Of a DNA stretch of 64,000 nt, positions 40,028 to 56,046 are shown in pieces (the stretch's first letter is position 1; each line of letters starts with the position of its first letter). The notes beneath the pieces were generated by a model. The model saw only the letters and a list, made by a program, of their open reading frames with translations, did no database searches and was not told the DNA's origin. Made by a program: the position numbers and the translations under genes. Source of the stretch: Camelus ferus (lineage: Eukaryota); NCBI RefSeq assembly GCF_009834535.1, contig NC_045705.1:67704001-67768000 (forward strand), written 5' to 3'.

Positions 40028-40075
40028 GGGGTGGGGGGTATAGCTCACTGGTGGAGTTCCTGCTTAGTGTGCATG
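40028..40075 (+). mobile_element. 5' half of tRNA-Ala/SINE (copy 3), tailless
   Basis: ggggtatagctcactggtggagttcctgcttagtgtgcatg; no B box or tail; degenerate 13-bp flanking duplication. Confidence 0.75.
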
Positions 40076-40126
40076 TAAGATGGTGACATAAATAGCTCCA
40101 GCCTCATGGAGCTCTTTGGAGAATGA

Positions 40127-40681
<555 letters not shown>

Positions 40682-40794
40682 TAAGGCTGGGGTGGGGGGC
40701 CTCCCCACCTGGCCGAACAGGAGTGAGAGGGGCTGGTGGTTCTGGGGCTTTCTCCTGCGTCAGGATGAAGCAGGTGGCTGGGCCCTGCTCTCAG

Positions 40795-40876
40795 TGCTCT
40801 GGGTCAGGAGAACTTGCATTTCTAACAAGCTCCCAAGTGATGTGCTCATCTGGGGACCAGACTTTGAGAAGCTCTG
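40795..40876. mobile_element. MER5-type hAT fragment
   Basis: ttgcatttctaacaagctcccaagtgatg...ggaccagactttgagaa. Confidence 0.8.
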
Positions 40877-41691
40877 ACGCAGAGCTTGGTTACATCTATA
40901 GAAAACCCTGGAGGCCTTGGATAAGTCATTTCCCCCCGGGCTTCAATCTCCCTACCTGTAAGAGGGAGCTGTCCACTGGGGTGATTTCTGGGCTCACGGT
41001 GGTAACAAGAGTGATGGCCACCGTGCACTTACTACACCTGGGCTGGGTCTCTGCCAAGCCCACTCCATGCAGCAAGCTCCTTTTTCTCCTCTTACCCTGT
41101 GGGGTGGGTACAGTTGTACATTGGAGAAAGCTGAAGACCAGAGAGGTTAAGGGACTTGCCCAAGGTCACACAGCTGGGAGGCTGAGATTGGACCTGGCAG
41201 TGTGGTTCCAACTTTCCTTCTTAGGATTCTCTGAAAACTGGGAGCTTGTCAGTCAGTGGAGGAGCCTCTCTGAGGCCCCCCGCAGCTCAGAGGGTTGTGG
41301 CTGAGCGCCTTCCTTCATGGGGGGCGTCCCAGCCCCGAATGTGAGAATCCCAGGAGGTGGGGTGGGGTCAGGCCCGCGGGTGAGAGAGGAGAGGGTGGCC
41401 ACTGTGTTCACTGTGCTTAGGGCCCAGCTCTGGCAGCTCTCCCTGAAAAGTGCTGAAGCCGCAGCCCGGAGCGACCCTCCCCGCCCCCTCCCCCGCCCCC
41501 AGGATCTCACTTTGCTCCTTGGGGCTGCAGAGGGCACGTAGCCCGCTTTGCTTTTTGCACATGGGATCCCTTCAGCTACTTGAAGGAGGTTCTACTCTGC
41601 CTCTTCCTCCCTCTGTGCCCTCGGCCCCGCCAGCCCCGGTTCCCTTGGCAGGGCGTCTGCTGTCATGAGTCCAGGGGCCTCCTGTGGTTAA

Positions 41692-42228
<537 letters not shown>

Positions 42229-44805
42229 TGACACACGGAAGGTGTGTGGCTGAGTTAATAGCACTAGGATGCATGTGGTTACGTAGGATGTTGTCACGGT
42301 GGGGCTGCACAGGGCACACTGGCACCCTCTGAACTACTGGTGCAACTTCTTGTGAGTCTTAACCTGTTTCAAAATACGAAGTCCCAGTAAAAGAAATAAA
42401 TAACGCTTACCACCACCTGGCTCAAGAAATAAAACATTATCCATGAAGCTGATGCCAGAGGTAACCGCCATCCCCAATTTGGCGATTCGTTCGCCTGCAT
42501 TAAAAGACGTTTTCTTTCACCACGTGGGTGTCACCATGAGCGGTACGCAGGCTTGTTCTGCGTGACCTCCCACGATGACAGTGGTGTCCCGTATGTGTTC
42601 TTTGGCAACTTGCTTTTTGTGCTCAGGTGTGTTTTGTGAGGTGCTCTTGACCACATGGTGGTTAAATTTATCCCTGACGTTCCTGCCTCTCCTCGGCGTG
42701 TATGCCTCCCTCAGACACGTTACTCAAACCTTTGGGTCAGGCCACCAGCCCAGGTGCAGAAGTCCCTGCTGGGGTTGCCGGGGATTCTGAGGGTTTCAGG
42801 GGGAACAGCTGAGGTCAGGGTCCACGTTTCCTTTCCTGAGGGCACAGTCGGACTCCAGGTGGGAGGGACGGTCAGGGGAGGTCTCGGCCAGGTTGCCACC
42901 TCGACGGGGCATGCTTTCCGCAGTGGCGGTGTCCCTGAGAGGTTATGCCCAAGACAGTGGAACAGCCAGGCCAGATGCTAAGGAGCCCGAGCGTATTTCT
43001 TGGGCATGTCTTGCCGAGTTGCCTTTGATGGGAGAAAGGATCGTGTTCAGGGTGGCTGTGCACGTGGCCCGGCCTGGGAGCCAAGCAGAGGCGCCAGCAG
43101 GAGGGAGTGCCGCCCGGTAGTGGACGGGCTTTCCCTTTGAAGAGGACATCACTCAGGCTCCCCAGCTCCTCCTGCCCGTGCCCAGGGAGGGCTTCACGGG
43201 GCAGCTGCAGCTGGGCCCCTGACAGACTGGGAGGAGAACCAGGGTCTGGGTGGCACTCATGGCACACAGATGGGGTTTATGGAATTGAGTCCAGACTGCG
43301 GGCGGGTCTGCTCCCCCTCCAGGTGGGGCCTCCCGCTGCCCTGTCTGGGACAGCCATCCCGATGGAAGCAGGCAGAGGTGGCAGTCCCTCAGATGATTAG
43401 CTCGTTGCCATCGTGACAGATGGGAGTCGGGGTGGCTCCCAAGGTGGCGTGGGTGTGGGCTCTGGCTGCCCCCTCACTGGCTCACTCTGGGAGGTGGCCC
43501 TGGGCTTCCCTCCCCGCCCAGTCCCAGGTTGGAGCCGTGTGGGTGGGCGTGGGTGCAGCCCCTACCCTCTCCCTACACCCCTAGAGCTGCCTCTGTTCCT
43601 TGTTTTCCCATCTTGGGCTCGGAGTTCCCTGGGATGCCTCGTAACCCTCTTCCTGAGTCTAGAGCCTGTGGGGCTGAAGTTCCTGCGCACTGGTGCTCAG
43701 CCTTTCCCGTGACTCCAGCCGCACCCACAGGACCCTGTCTCTCGCCCTTTGTTTGCACCTTCGCCTCCCACAGCTGGGCTCCCGACCCAAGAGCGTGTCC
43801 CTTCTTCCTCCGACCTGCCACAGCTCTTAGGTCTTGTGCCACAAGATTCAGCTTTATTTGTAAAAGTAACCGAGACTCACTGTCTCCCTGAGCTGTCTCT
43901 AATTGATGTCCCCTCGGGCCCTGCACTCCCTCCTCTCCCTCTGGCAGTGCTTCTTGGCAGATGCCAGGCCTGTGACAGCTCAGCGTGGGTCCCCACTAAG
44001 CCGTTCCTTCCATCCAGAGCTCTTTCCTGAGCCATGTGCCCGCCGCTCCTGGCCCTTGGAAGCCTGAATTACCTCCAGCCACCCACTAAGGCCTCATGCA
44101 TGCGGACAGCTCGCCTCCTCCTTGCAGCCAAGTGCACAGTCTTCACAGCTGTTGGCATCCTGGTTCCTGCCTAAAGACCGAAGCTGCAGGGCCTTCCAGA
44201 TCCACCTGGGCTTGTGCTCTCACTTAGCCCCGGAATTATCATCATCGTCATCATCATCTCACTCGTCTGTGAGCGACCGCGTCTCCCAGAGCAAATGAGA
44301 GCTCTCTGAGCTTGAATTGGGGTCTCCATGCTGACCTCCTGGCAGGCAGTCGGGACACCCCAGGCCTGTGTCAGGAGTGACCTCTCCTTCCTTCTCCCTC
44401 CCCCACACTCTGTAGCTCCCACTTCCCTTGCCGGGCCCTTCCTCTTGCACTTCCCTTTCCCACAGCTACCGGATGGGTCGTCTCTGAGCAGAACTTGCGT
44501 TACATCACAGCGCTGCGCTGCCTCCTTCTTCCCCCAGCTCCTCCCTACCCCTCCACGAGCATCTATTCATTCTGCAGCTTTCTGTGAATGGCGCCTTGTG
44601 CTGGAAAAGCAGTAAGGGGCAGACCGTGCCCTGGTCAGGGTCAATGTTCTAGAGGGATGCAGAGGAGAGGGGTTGGGGGCTCGGAGGGTGGGCAGGGGTC
44701 ATTCAAGTCCCCCCGACAGCACCTCAGCTCTTTTCCAGCCATGTTTGTTCTGAAGCCCTGCCTTCTCCTTTCACTGACTTGTGTGTGCTCTGTCTGTTTC
44801 CTTCT

Positions 44806-44925
44806 GTTTCTAGGGGAGAGGGGGAATCATGCCCATTATTACTATTTTTAATGGAGGTACTGGGGGTTGAACCCAGGACCTCGTGCACGCTGAGCATGCA
44901 CTCTACCACTGAGCCATACCCTCCC
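44806..44925 (-). mobile_element. tRNA-Ala-derived SINE, copy 4
   Basis: atggaggtactgggggttgaacccaggacctcgtgcacgctgagcatgcactctaccactgagccataccctccc. Confidence 0.92.
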
Positions 44926-46294
44926 GCCCCCTACCATGTCCATTATTAATCCTGAAGTAGGCACCCCTGTGCACACACCATGATCAGGCGTGTCCCTGGA
45001 CGTTGGTTACAGCTATTACTGAGTAGGAACAAGGATGGGCCTTGCCCTTTGTGGACTTGCGCTGTCTTTCTAAAGCTTCCTCCCCCAGCTGTTTCCCTCA
45101 GGGTTGCTCTGACCCAGGGATGAAATAAGCAGAAGTCTCACAGGCCAACCCACAGTCCAGGCTATTTGGCTTTTGGTTTTTATACTTTGAAATGATCGAA
45201 GTTCCCTGGGTGACTTTAGCTGCTCTGCTCAGTTACGGGTGGAGAGACGGAGGGCCATGGAGGTGCAGGGACTTGCCCGTGGGACAGAGCTGGGGTGGTG
45301 CCAGCCCCTCCTGGATGACCCTCCAGTGTTGTCCTGTGCTATCCAGCAACAGAGGACCAAAATCTTTTCTGCTCAACACATACCTGATCTGTCTTACGTG
45401 TTTGCCACCTGCAAAACAGAGGGTTGGTGGCTGTTTTGATGAACTGGAAATACAGTCTGTCTGTAGGAGGCCCGTCAAGACGTGCCTTTAATTCCTCGTG
45501 TCTCTTTCATCTTGGCCTGAGAGCCCGAGACTTTGGATGTTGCATTTTTATCGTCTTCCTTTTAACATAAGCTTCTACAAAATCATCTGTCATCAGAATC
45601 ACGTCTTACCCTGTTTGTCTGAGTGTTTCAGTTGGTTAAGGCATTTTATGTTTGACAGTATTTTTCTCGTCTGTGGCTTTTGTGGTTGATGCTTTTAATC
45701 AGCACTGATGCTTCAGGAAAAAGATCGAGCTTTTACAGCTCAGTGAATGGCCACTCGTGTGTCTGGGGTTGGAAAGCATCTTGGAGCTGTTGGCTCAAGA
45801 CTTAGCACCAGAAGCGTCCTCAGAGTTCCCCTGGTCCTGACCGAACAAGAAACTAGTCCACAGACAAGCGGGAGGCCTTGCCCAGGGTCTGCAGGGCATT
45901 AGTCGTCCAGCCTTTTGAAGCTCAGCCCCGTACTGAGGCTGTGATCCGGTGCCTCCTTGGGTTGCATCTGGGGCAGACGTTGCTAGTCAGCGTGCCCACC
46001 CCGGGTCTGAGCCCCGCACCTTGGTACTCCAGGCGGCCACTGCCAGTAGATCAGCAGTGGTCGGGGAGAGGACACCTGTTTGCCTTGCCTGTTCCAAACC
46101 ACCCCTAGCACAGCATCCACACCCAGGTGGGGAGGTGGTAGGGAAGAGCCCCTGAGCTGCCCCATCACCAGAAACATCTTTCATTTGGCTGCCCCAATGG
46201 GCCATGGTGCCCGGCTTTGTGCAGTGGCCTGGCTAGGTGTGGACAGAGCTGGGCCCATCGTGTTGCAGTCAGCTCAGGCCCGAGGCCTGCTTAA

Positions 46295-46645
<351 letters not shown>

Positions 46646-48250
46646 TGAGGCTGTATGGGACAGGAGATGGTAAGAACATCTGGCTAAGGCCAGGCAGCTC
46701 TGGGGGGACTTACTGACCAGGTATGGTGACTTGGCAGTGGTGACGGACCAGCACTGCTGGAAATAACTGTTCTAATAATGGCTAACGTTTGTTGAGTGCC
46801 TGCGTGTGCTAGGCTCTGGCTGGGTGCCTTAGCGCCCAGAGTAAACATCTACGCTAATTATAGTATCGCCCCATTAACGCCAGGGAGAGGGAGGCCAAGA
46901 TCAGGACTCAGGCCTGGGTCTCCCTCGACCTCATTGCTGGCCTGGGCTGTGACTGTTGTCCATGGTGACCGGGCTGCACCCTCCAGCCCACAGCTTTTAT
47001 CTGAAAGCCAGGATCCACACAAAGCTCACTTAACACAGTGACTTGTCTTTTTATGAGTAGGATTCCAAATGCAGGTCTACAAGCTACGCTGGGGAGAGTT
47101 GTGTCTGGCTGTGGTGGGGGGACATATTGGGGAACAGGACTCTGATCCCAGCTGGGGCCCCAACGCCTAGTACAGCACCTGCACATCAGAGACTCTCAGC
47201 AAACCTTTGTTGGAAGGAAAGAGGGAGAGAGGAAGGAAGGACCAGAGACGCCCCAGGGCTTGCCCTCCAGGAGCTTACAGTCTCGTGGGTGACACCCCAG
47301 TGTTAGCTGTGCTGCCAGGTGGGTGACTGTCGTTGAGACATTAGAGGGATGCCTGGCTTTAAAATACGAGGGGGGTCATTTGGGGTTAGGGAGCAGGTAG
47401 AGGACAGGGTTTGCCGGGCAGCTAAGCAAAGGCCTGGAGGTGAGACTGTGGAAGGACCTGGGGGGTAGCTAGCACATCTCTGTCTCTGGGAGAGGCCTTC
47501 AGTCACGACCTGCACTCCTGAGACGAAGATGATGGAATCAACAAACTTAGTTTACCAGCCACCAATGAAAACGGCTTCATTATCTACCGTGGTGGTGATC
47601 CACCGGTGAGTGAGTGTTTGAAAAACAAAAAAATAAAACCCCAGAGATAAGGAAAATGATGTATCTGTGGGATGTGATTTAAAGTTAAGAAATTGGACCC
47701 CTCCCTCCCCACCCCCTTCCTCTCTCTCTCACGTCAGGATTTACTGAGGAAGATGGGGAAAGGATTCCTTATTTAGCTGAAATCCTTAACACTAAGTTAA
47801 AGCCAGTTTTAACAGCGCCCCAGCAGATGAGTGAGATGCACAGGCCGGCCAAAAAGATACGGATGCCGGGCCGTCTGCTGTACTAAAAAAGAGGTGCCTT
47901 TGGCTGTCCTGGGTGAATCTGAGTTTTTGAGGGTGCTGAGAGTGTCGGTGACTCGGGGGGACCGTCTGGGTGGTGTCTCGGGCTGCAGTCCAGTCGGCAG
48001 GCTGGGAGTCCAGGCCCGGCCGAGGGGGTGAGGGGGTGTGGGGTGTGCGTCTTGTCCCCAGGTTGCCACGTGGATGGAACGGGGACACCCTGGGCCCAGA
48101 ACCAGCCATTGTCATGTCCATCCCCTGTACCAGGGGAGTCGCCTGGCCCCCGTCATTCATACCTGCAGCCCGCAGTGGGCACCGGGCGGAAACGGAGCCG
48201 TGCCCGACTGGGCTGGTGGCCCCCGTCTGTGCGGGGCCTCGAGTGCCTAG

Positions 48251-48655
<405 letters not shown>

Positions 48656-48669
48656 TGATTTAAAAAAAA

Positions 48670-48808
48670 TTTGAGGGGAGGATGGTTAGTTAGGTTTGTT
48701 TATTCATTTACTTATTTTAATGGAGGCACTGGGGATTGAACCCAGGACCCAGGACCTTGTGCATGCTAAGCACGTGCTCTACCACTGAGCTGTATATACC
48801 CTCACCCT
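48670..48808 (-). mobile_element. tRNA-Ala-derived SINE, copy 5 (internal 7-bp duplication CCAGGAC)
   Basis: ggggattgaacccaggacccaggaccttgtgcatgctaagcacgtgctctaccactgagct. Confidence 0.92.
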
Positions 48809-48844
48809 CAGTTTTTCTTTATTTTTTTATTTTGTAGGGTTTTA

Positions 48845-49287
48845 AAAACTGAAGTATAGTTGCTTGTACAATATTATATGTTAAAGGTATACAATACAGT
48901 GATTCAGGTTTTAAAGGTTATACTCCGTTTATAGTTATTATAAAATATGAGCTATATTCCTCATGTGGTAAAATATATCCTTATAGCTTATTTTACACTT
49001 GATAGTTTGTGTCTCTCAATCCTTTACCCCTGTACTGCTTATTTCCCCTGCCCTCTACCCACTGGTTGTCCCTAGTTTGCTCTCTACGTAATCTGTGAGT
49101 CTGCTACATTTTTGTTTTATTTACTACTTTGCTGTATTTAGTTTCTACATAGAAGTGATACCATAGAGTCTTTGTCGTCCTCTGCCTGACTTACTTCACT
49201 TAGCAGAGTGTCCTTCAAGTCCATCCATGTTGCTGCAATTGGCAGAAGTTCCTTCTTTTTGATGTCTGAATAGTATTCCAGTGTATA
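48845..49287 (-). mobile_element. L1 3' UTR fragment
   Basis: ttttaaaggttatactcc...gacttacttcacttagc...gtccatccatgttgctgcaattggc. Confidence 0.8.
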
Positions 49288-49317
49288 AAAAGTTTTTTAA
49301 AAAGGAACTATAATACT

Positions 49318-49463
49318 GGGGGAAGATATAGCTCAAGTGGTAGAGCATATGCCTAGCATGCATGAGATCCTGGGTTCAACCCCCAGTACCTCCTCTTAAA
49401 AAAAAGTAATAATAAATAAACCTAATTACCTTCTCCCCCCAAAAGAAAAATAAATTAAAAAAA
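49318..49463 (+). mobile_element. tRNA-Ala-derived SINE, copy 6 (long tail)
   Basis: tatagctcaagtggtagagcatatgcctagcatgcatgagatcctgggttcaacccccagtacctcc followed by aataaataaacctaattacc tail. Confidence 0.93.
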
Positions 49464-50186
49464 GAAGTCCAGTAAAATTGGAGCAGCACTTTTAAAAAAC
49501 TATAATATTTATTGTAACTTGATTGAAGCCAATAAAATATTAGTGATCCTGTGTAGTCAGTAAGCTTGAATGATTATGGCGGGCAGGTCCAACAGAAACA
49601 GTTTAATTATCTGTCTTTTATTCTACCATTGATACTACATGGTTCTTTATTTTTTTTTTTTCCTGATTTTAAAAGACATAAGGTTCATTGTAGAAAGAGA
49701 GAGATAAACAGGAAAAGTATAAAGAAGAAAATAGAAATGTTCTTCTTTAACTCCACCAGCCTGAGCCAACCTTGCTGACATTTCAGTGTATTTCCTTTGA
49801 ATTTTCCCATTAGTGTTTCTCATAATTACAGTCGCATGCTCCATAGAATTCTGTATCCTGGGCTTTTTCACTTCTCATTGTAACAGGTATAATTATATAC
49901 TATTATATAAAATATATTTTTTCATATTTTAATAAAACATACATATAGCCAATCATTTCTTTTAAAAAGGTTGTGTTTTCTGCTTTTCAAATTGTTCATT
50001 TAAAAACTCAGAGGTTGGAGGAAAAGTTTAAATTGGAAAAGAAAGAAAAAGAGTAAAAACTTGAATGTTGGTGGTTTGGCCCCAAATGTGGTCAGCAGTT
50101 GCCAGGAGGCCAAGGATCTCATGGTTAGACATCTGCAGAAACTCTGGTCTCTAACCGGTGGCCCTTTCCTCCTCACCTGCTCCTAG

Positions 50187-50414
<228 letters not shown>

Positions 50415-51561
50415 TAAGGGCCATTTTTGTCTGGCACGCATGTCCCTGTCCCCCATCACGTCTCTGCACCAACCAGGGCAGTGATGGCCTTAGACCAGGG
50501 CAGGTGACTGGGGCCGGCGGGACCCTTGGAGGTCATCTGGTTCATTTCATAGAGTGGAAACTGAGGCCCAGAGCAGAAGGCAGGAAGGGAAGCCCCTGTA
50601 TCAGGCACTGCACTGGGCGCTCCAGGTGGGTCATCTCATTTCGGCAGCTGGGGCGCTGCAGGGGGTGGGTATCTTTACACCTGATTTTGCAGATGCAGAA
50701 ACTGAGGCTCAGAGAGGTTAGGTGACTTACTGAGGGTCACTTAACTGGTTGGAGCCGGGCTGGGCTGAGAAGTTCCATCCAGGCTCCTGGCCTGGGCTTC
50801 TCCCCTCCGGCTTCTTGAAGGCCCCTTAGCTGAGGTCTAAAATCCATATGCTTTTCTCTGTCGGGCAGCCTGGGGGCCCTGCACTGGGGCCAGAGGGGCC
50901 AGGGTGGGGTCTTCCTCTGTACACAGTGCTCACCCCATAAACCATCAGCGATGTCTTTGTAGCACCCCAAACTCTGCCTGTTATGTACTCTGTTAGGGAG
51001 GGAAATATTTCTGCACGGCAGAACAGAGAAAGGACCAGTGAAACATACATGATTCTAGAATGGGGAGTCCTTCCCTGGAGCCACTGCTCGAGGACAAGGG
51101 AGGAGGACCGGCTGGTGGGGGCAGCAGAGCCGAGTTCATATCCTGGTATTCCATTGCCTCTTTGCCTCTGGGCCTCGTTTTCTTCCTTCTTTGAATAAAG
51201 GGACTGTATGCCCTGATTTGCCCACATTCCTCCTGCCGCTCCTCCATCACCCCACATCCTGTCTAGTTTAGTGTTTGTCTCTAAAGTGTCCCAGCCTGGA
51301 CGTCCTGTTACACGGTCCCGGTTTGTGTCTGTGAATGAGAACATCAGCGCTTAGCTTGCAGGGCGGCTGCTGTGGGACTTCCAGAGGCAGGAGGTCGCCG
51401 TGACCACTCCTGGGGGGACACTGGGGTGGTGGGGGCAAGGCCGTGGAGCCCCCGCTTCCTGAAGGGATGTCATCGACACGGCTCTCCGGGGCGGGAGGGG
51501 CCGAGACGGGGAGATGGCGGCAGTCGTGTTCCCTGACCTGNNNNNNNNNNNNNNNNNNNNN

Positions 51562-52018
<457 letters not shown>

Positions 52019-52809
52019 TAATTTGACTTTACACCACATAGCATAGCTTTTCATTGATGGAGAAACCGAGGCCCAGGGAAGTCATGGGACCTGTGTAACG
52101 TCACAGGGCACTGCTCAGACCCCGGGGACACTTGCTCCATCTCCATCTGACCCTGAACACCTACTGGGAGACAGCATTGTTGTGGGACCACTCATAGGCT
52201 ACACTCAGCACCCTGGGACTAGGTTGAAAACAAAAGCAAAAAGAACCTTTGCTCCAAGTCACCCAGCAGTGAAGGCAGGATTTAAGCCTAGAACACGTGA
52301 CTCTGGACTTGGGGCTTCTGGGGTAGGGAGGTGATTATACTAAGTCTCTTGGGTGAGGCCTGGTGGTGGGGCTGCCCTGTGCAGTTGAGAGAATTCAGCT
52401 TCCTTCCTAGTCACTGCTGCTGCCACATGGTTGTACTCATTTTCCAGAGGAGGAAACTGAGGCAGAGGTGGGCTGAATGGCTTATCCCAGGTACTATGTA
52501 AACAGAGTCAGAGCGAGAACCCCAGTGACTGCCCTGGTTTATGAGGCCAAGAGTAAGGTTTGAATGTGTCTTCAAGACTGCCACCCCGGCCCCACAGTGA
52601 ATTACAAGAGGCCTGTGTGCTCTGCTCCTGGCTGCCCGGTGGGTCATGTGACGAGACCACAGTTCATTTCACAAGTCCTTTGCTGCTGGTGTTGGAATGG
52701 CATCAGCGCTCCATGGGGACAATGCTGAGTGCAATGTCTGCCTCCGCCCTGTTGGGCCGATTTCCCTAGGACTGAGCTGGGGTGTCACAGATCATTGTCA
52801 GCTTGTGCA

Positions 52810-53270
52810 CCTGTCCTGGGGCTGCTGTGTCACCTGACCAGAAATCTAATGGCTTCTAACAGCACACATTTAATCTCTCACAGTCTGGAGGCCAGAAGTC
52901 TCAAATGGGCTAAAATCAAGGTGGCAGCAGAGCTGCCTTCCATCTGGAGGCTCGAGAGGGGAATCCGTTCCCTGGCCTTTTCCATCTTCTAGAGACCTCC
53001 TACATCCTTGACTTGTGACCACTCCCTCCATCCTCAAAGCCAGGAGTGTTACAAGCATCTACCAACCTATCTTACGGTCCTGCTCTGTCTTACAAGGACT
53101 CTTGTGTTACACTGGGTCTATCAGGATAATCTGGGCCAATCTGCCCGTTTCAGGATCCTTCCTGTAGCCACACTGGCAAAGCCCCTTTTGCCACAAGAGG
53201 TAGCACATTCATGAATGCCGGAGGTTTGGGTGTGGACCTCCTGGTGGGGGAGAGGGAACGTTATTCTGCA
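52810..53270. mobile_element. MLT1 LTR
   Basis: ctcacagtctggaggccagaagtc...tccatcttctagag...acaaggactcttgtgttacactgggtc. Confidence 0.85.
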
Positions 53271-53939
53271 TGTAGCCTTTACCAAGCACTTACTTTGTGC
53301 CAGCATTTTGACCCTTCTACGTGCGTGATCTCACTGAATATCACAGTGGTATCACAAACCTCATTGATTGTTTTATCACAATTTATTACATTTAAGTATC
53401 CTGGATACCCTTGAGGGCACTTGTAGGAATACCCATTTTGCAGATGGGGAGACTGAGGTTCAGGGAGCTTAGACAGCTTTCCTGAGGTCACATTCTGGTC
53501 AGGGGAGGAATTGGGACGGGAGTGCCCAGTCCGACCCCAGAGCCTGGCTCCAATCACTGTGGTAGACTGCTAGGCTGAAGGTTTTATTTGGAATTTTTAT
53601 TGACATGTACATACAGTCAAGTACAAAAGTCTTCAGTGGACGAGTTGAGGAATTTTCATGCACAGAGACGTGTGTGTTCACAGAAGGGCAGCCTGCAGAG
53701 CTCCCGCGCACATCAAAGCAAGGACGCTTCCAGCCCCAGAAGGTTCCCTTACGCGGCCTCTGAGTCAGCCTCCTCAGGGGGCATCGCAACCCTGACTTCA
53801 AGCTACGTGTTCTGGTTGTGCTGTTCTAGAACTTTCTGTCAGTGTGACCATGCGGCGTCCGGCTTCTTTTTCTCAGCCTAATGACTGAGAGTCCCCCACA
53901 TTGTCATTCTTTCTCATTGCTGTCATTCCTGTCATATGA

Positions 53940-54923
<984 letters not shown>

Positions 54924-55940
54924 TAATCCTCCAGCCTACAGGGTCGGGAGTATCACTGTCCTCATTTCACAGACAGGGACCCTGGGCACAGAGAATTGTA
55001 GTGACCCTCCCAAGGCCACACAGCTCGGAAGATTTGAACCAGGTTTGAATCCAGGCAGTCTGGCCCTAGAATCCCCACCCTTGACCCCTTGCCGTGTGGC
55101 CTCACGTCCACTTGCGTAACCCTCACACTGACCCTCTAAATCACATAGGCCTTTTTGTTTTCATTTCAATAATAAGAAAAGTGTAGTTCAGAAGCCTGAG
55201 AGTGACTTTCCCACGGGCCCGCAGGGAGAACAGTTGTGTCCTGTTGGCAGGATTTTCTCCTGTGACCTCAGCAGAGAGCTGGTTATAACTCAACCTCTGT
55301 GCAGCGCTAGGCAGTTTATTGAGCTCCCTGTCATCGGGGCCTTGTCTGAGCCTCTCACGTCCCTGGGCATTAGGAGGACTGGGCACCCTTAGCCCCACTG
55401 TGTGGCTGAGGGACCTGAGGCCTCAGAGGGTTAAGAGGCTCGTTCGCGGCCCCATGCTGGTATGTGACAGGCCTGGGGCCACAGCCTAGGACTCCTTACC
55501 CTTGGGCTCCCTTTGGTCCTGTTGGCCTTGCCCTAGGGGTTACAACCTTGAAGGGTCAGGCAGAGATGCAGGTCACCTACCACCCAGAAGTGATGTGACT
55601 TGGGTGCCAGCTCCTGCGGCCAGCGGACCTGGGGCCATGACTTGGATTCATATGGCCCAACTGTGACTCCAGCAGGTGTCTTCACACATCCTGGGTGGTG
55701 CAGTCTAAACCTAGGCAGCTTTGCTCCCTGACGGCTCTGAGGAGCATCCCCACCACCCGGGGTCCCTGTTCACTTCGTGCGGTTCTCAGCAGTTCCCTGG
55801 AGCACCTAGAAGCACACAGAAAATCCCACAGCCACTCAAGCATTGCACACACTTGTGGGTGGGAGTGTGGTGTGCACCGCCATTACCTCCTTGTGTTTTA
55901 AGTCTTGATAATCTAAAACAAAATGGACATCTAGTTTTTT

Positions 55941-56031
55941 GGTTTTTTTTTCAGAGGAGGGACTGGGAATTGAACCCAGGACCTCATGCATGCTGAGCAT
56001 GCGCTCTACCACTTGAGCTATACCCTCCCCC
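55941..56031 (-). mobile_element. tRNA-Ala-derived SINE, copy 7 (short tail)
   Basis: Perfect 15-bp TSD GACATCTAGTTTTTT at 55926-55940 and 56032-56046. Confidence 0.95.
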
Positions 56032-56046
56032 GACATCTAGTTTTTT

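Noticed and set aside
49318-49393. Possible genuine tRNA-Ala genes
   Set aside because: All copies have stem mismatches and SINE features (altered 5' leader, A-rich tail and/or TSDs), so they are SINEs
51392-51406. Near-palindromic oestrogen response element AGGTCG-CCG-TGACCA
   Set aside because: One mismatch; about 2 such sites are expected by chance in 64 kb and there is no supporting context
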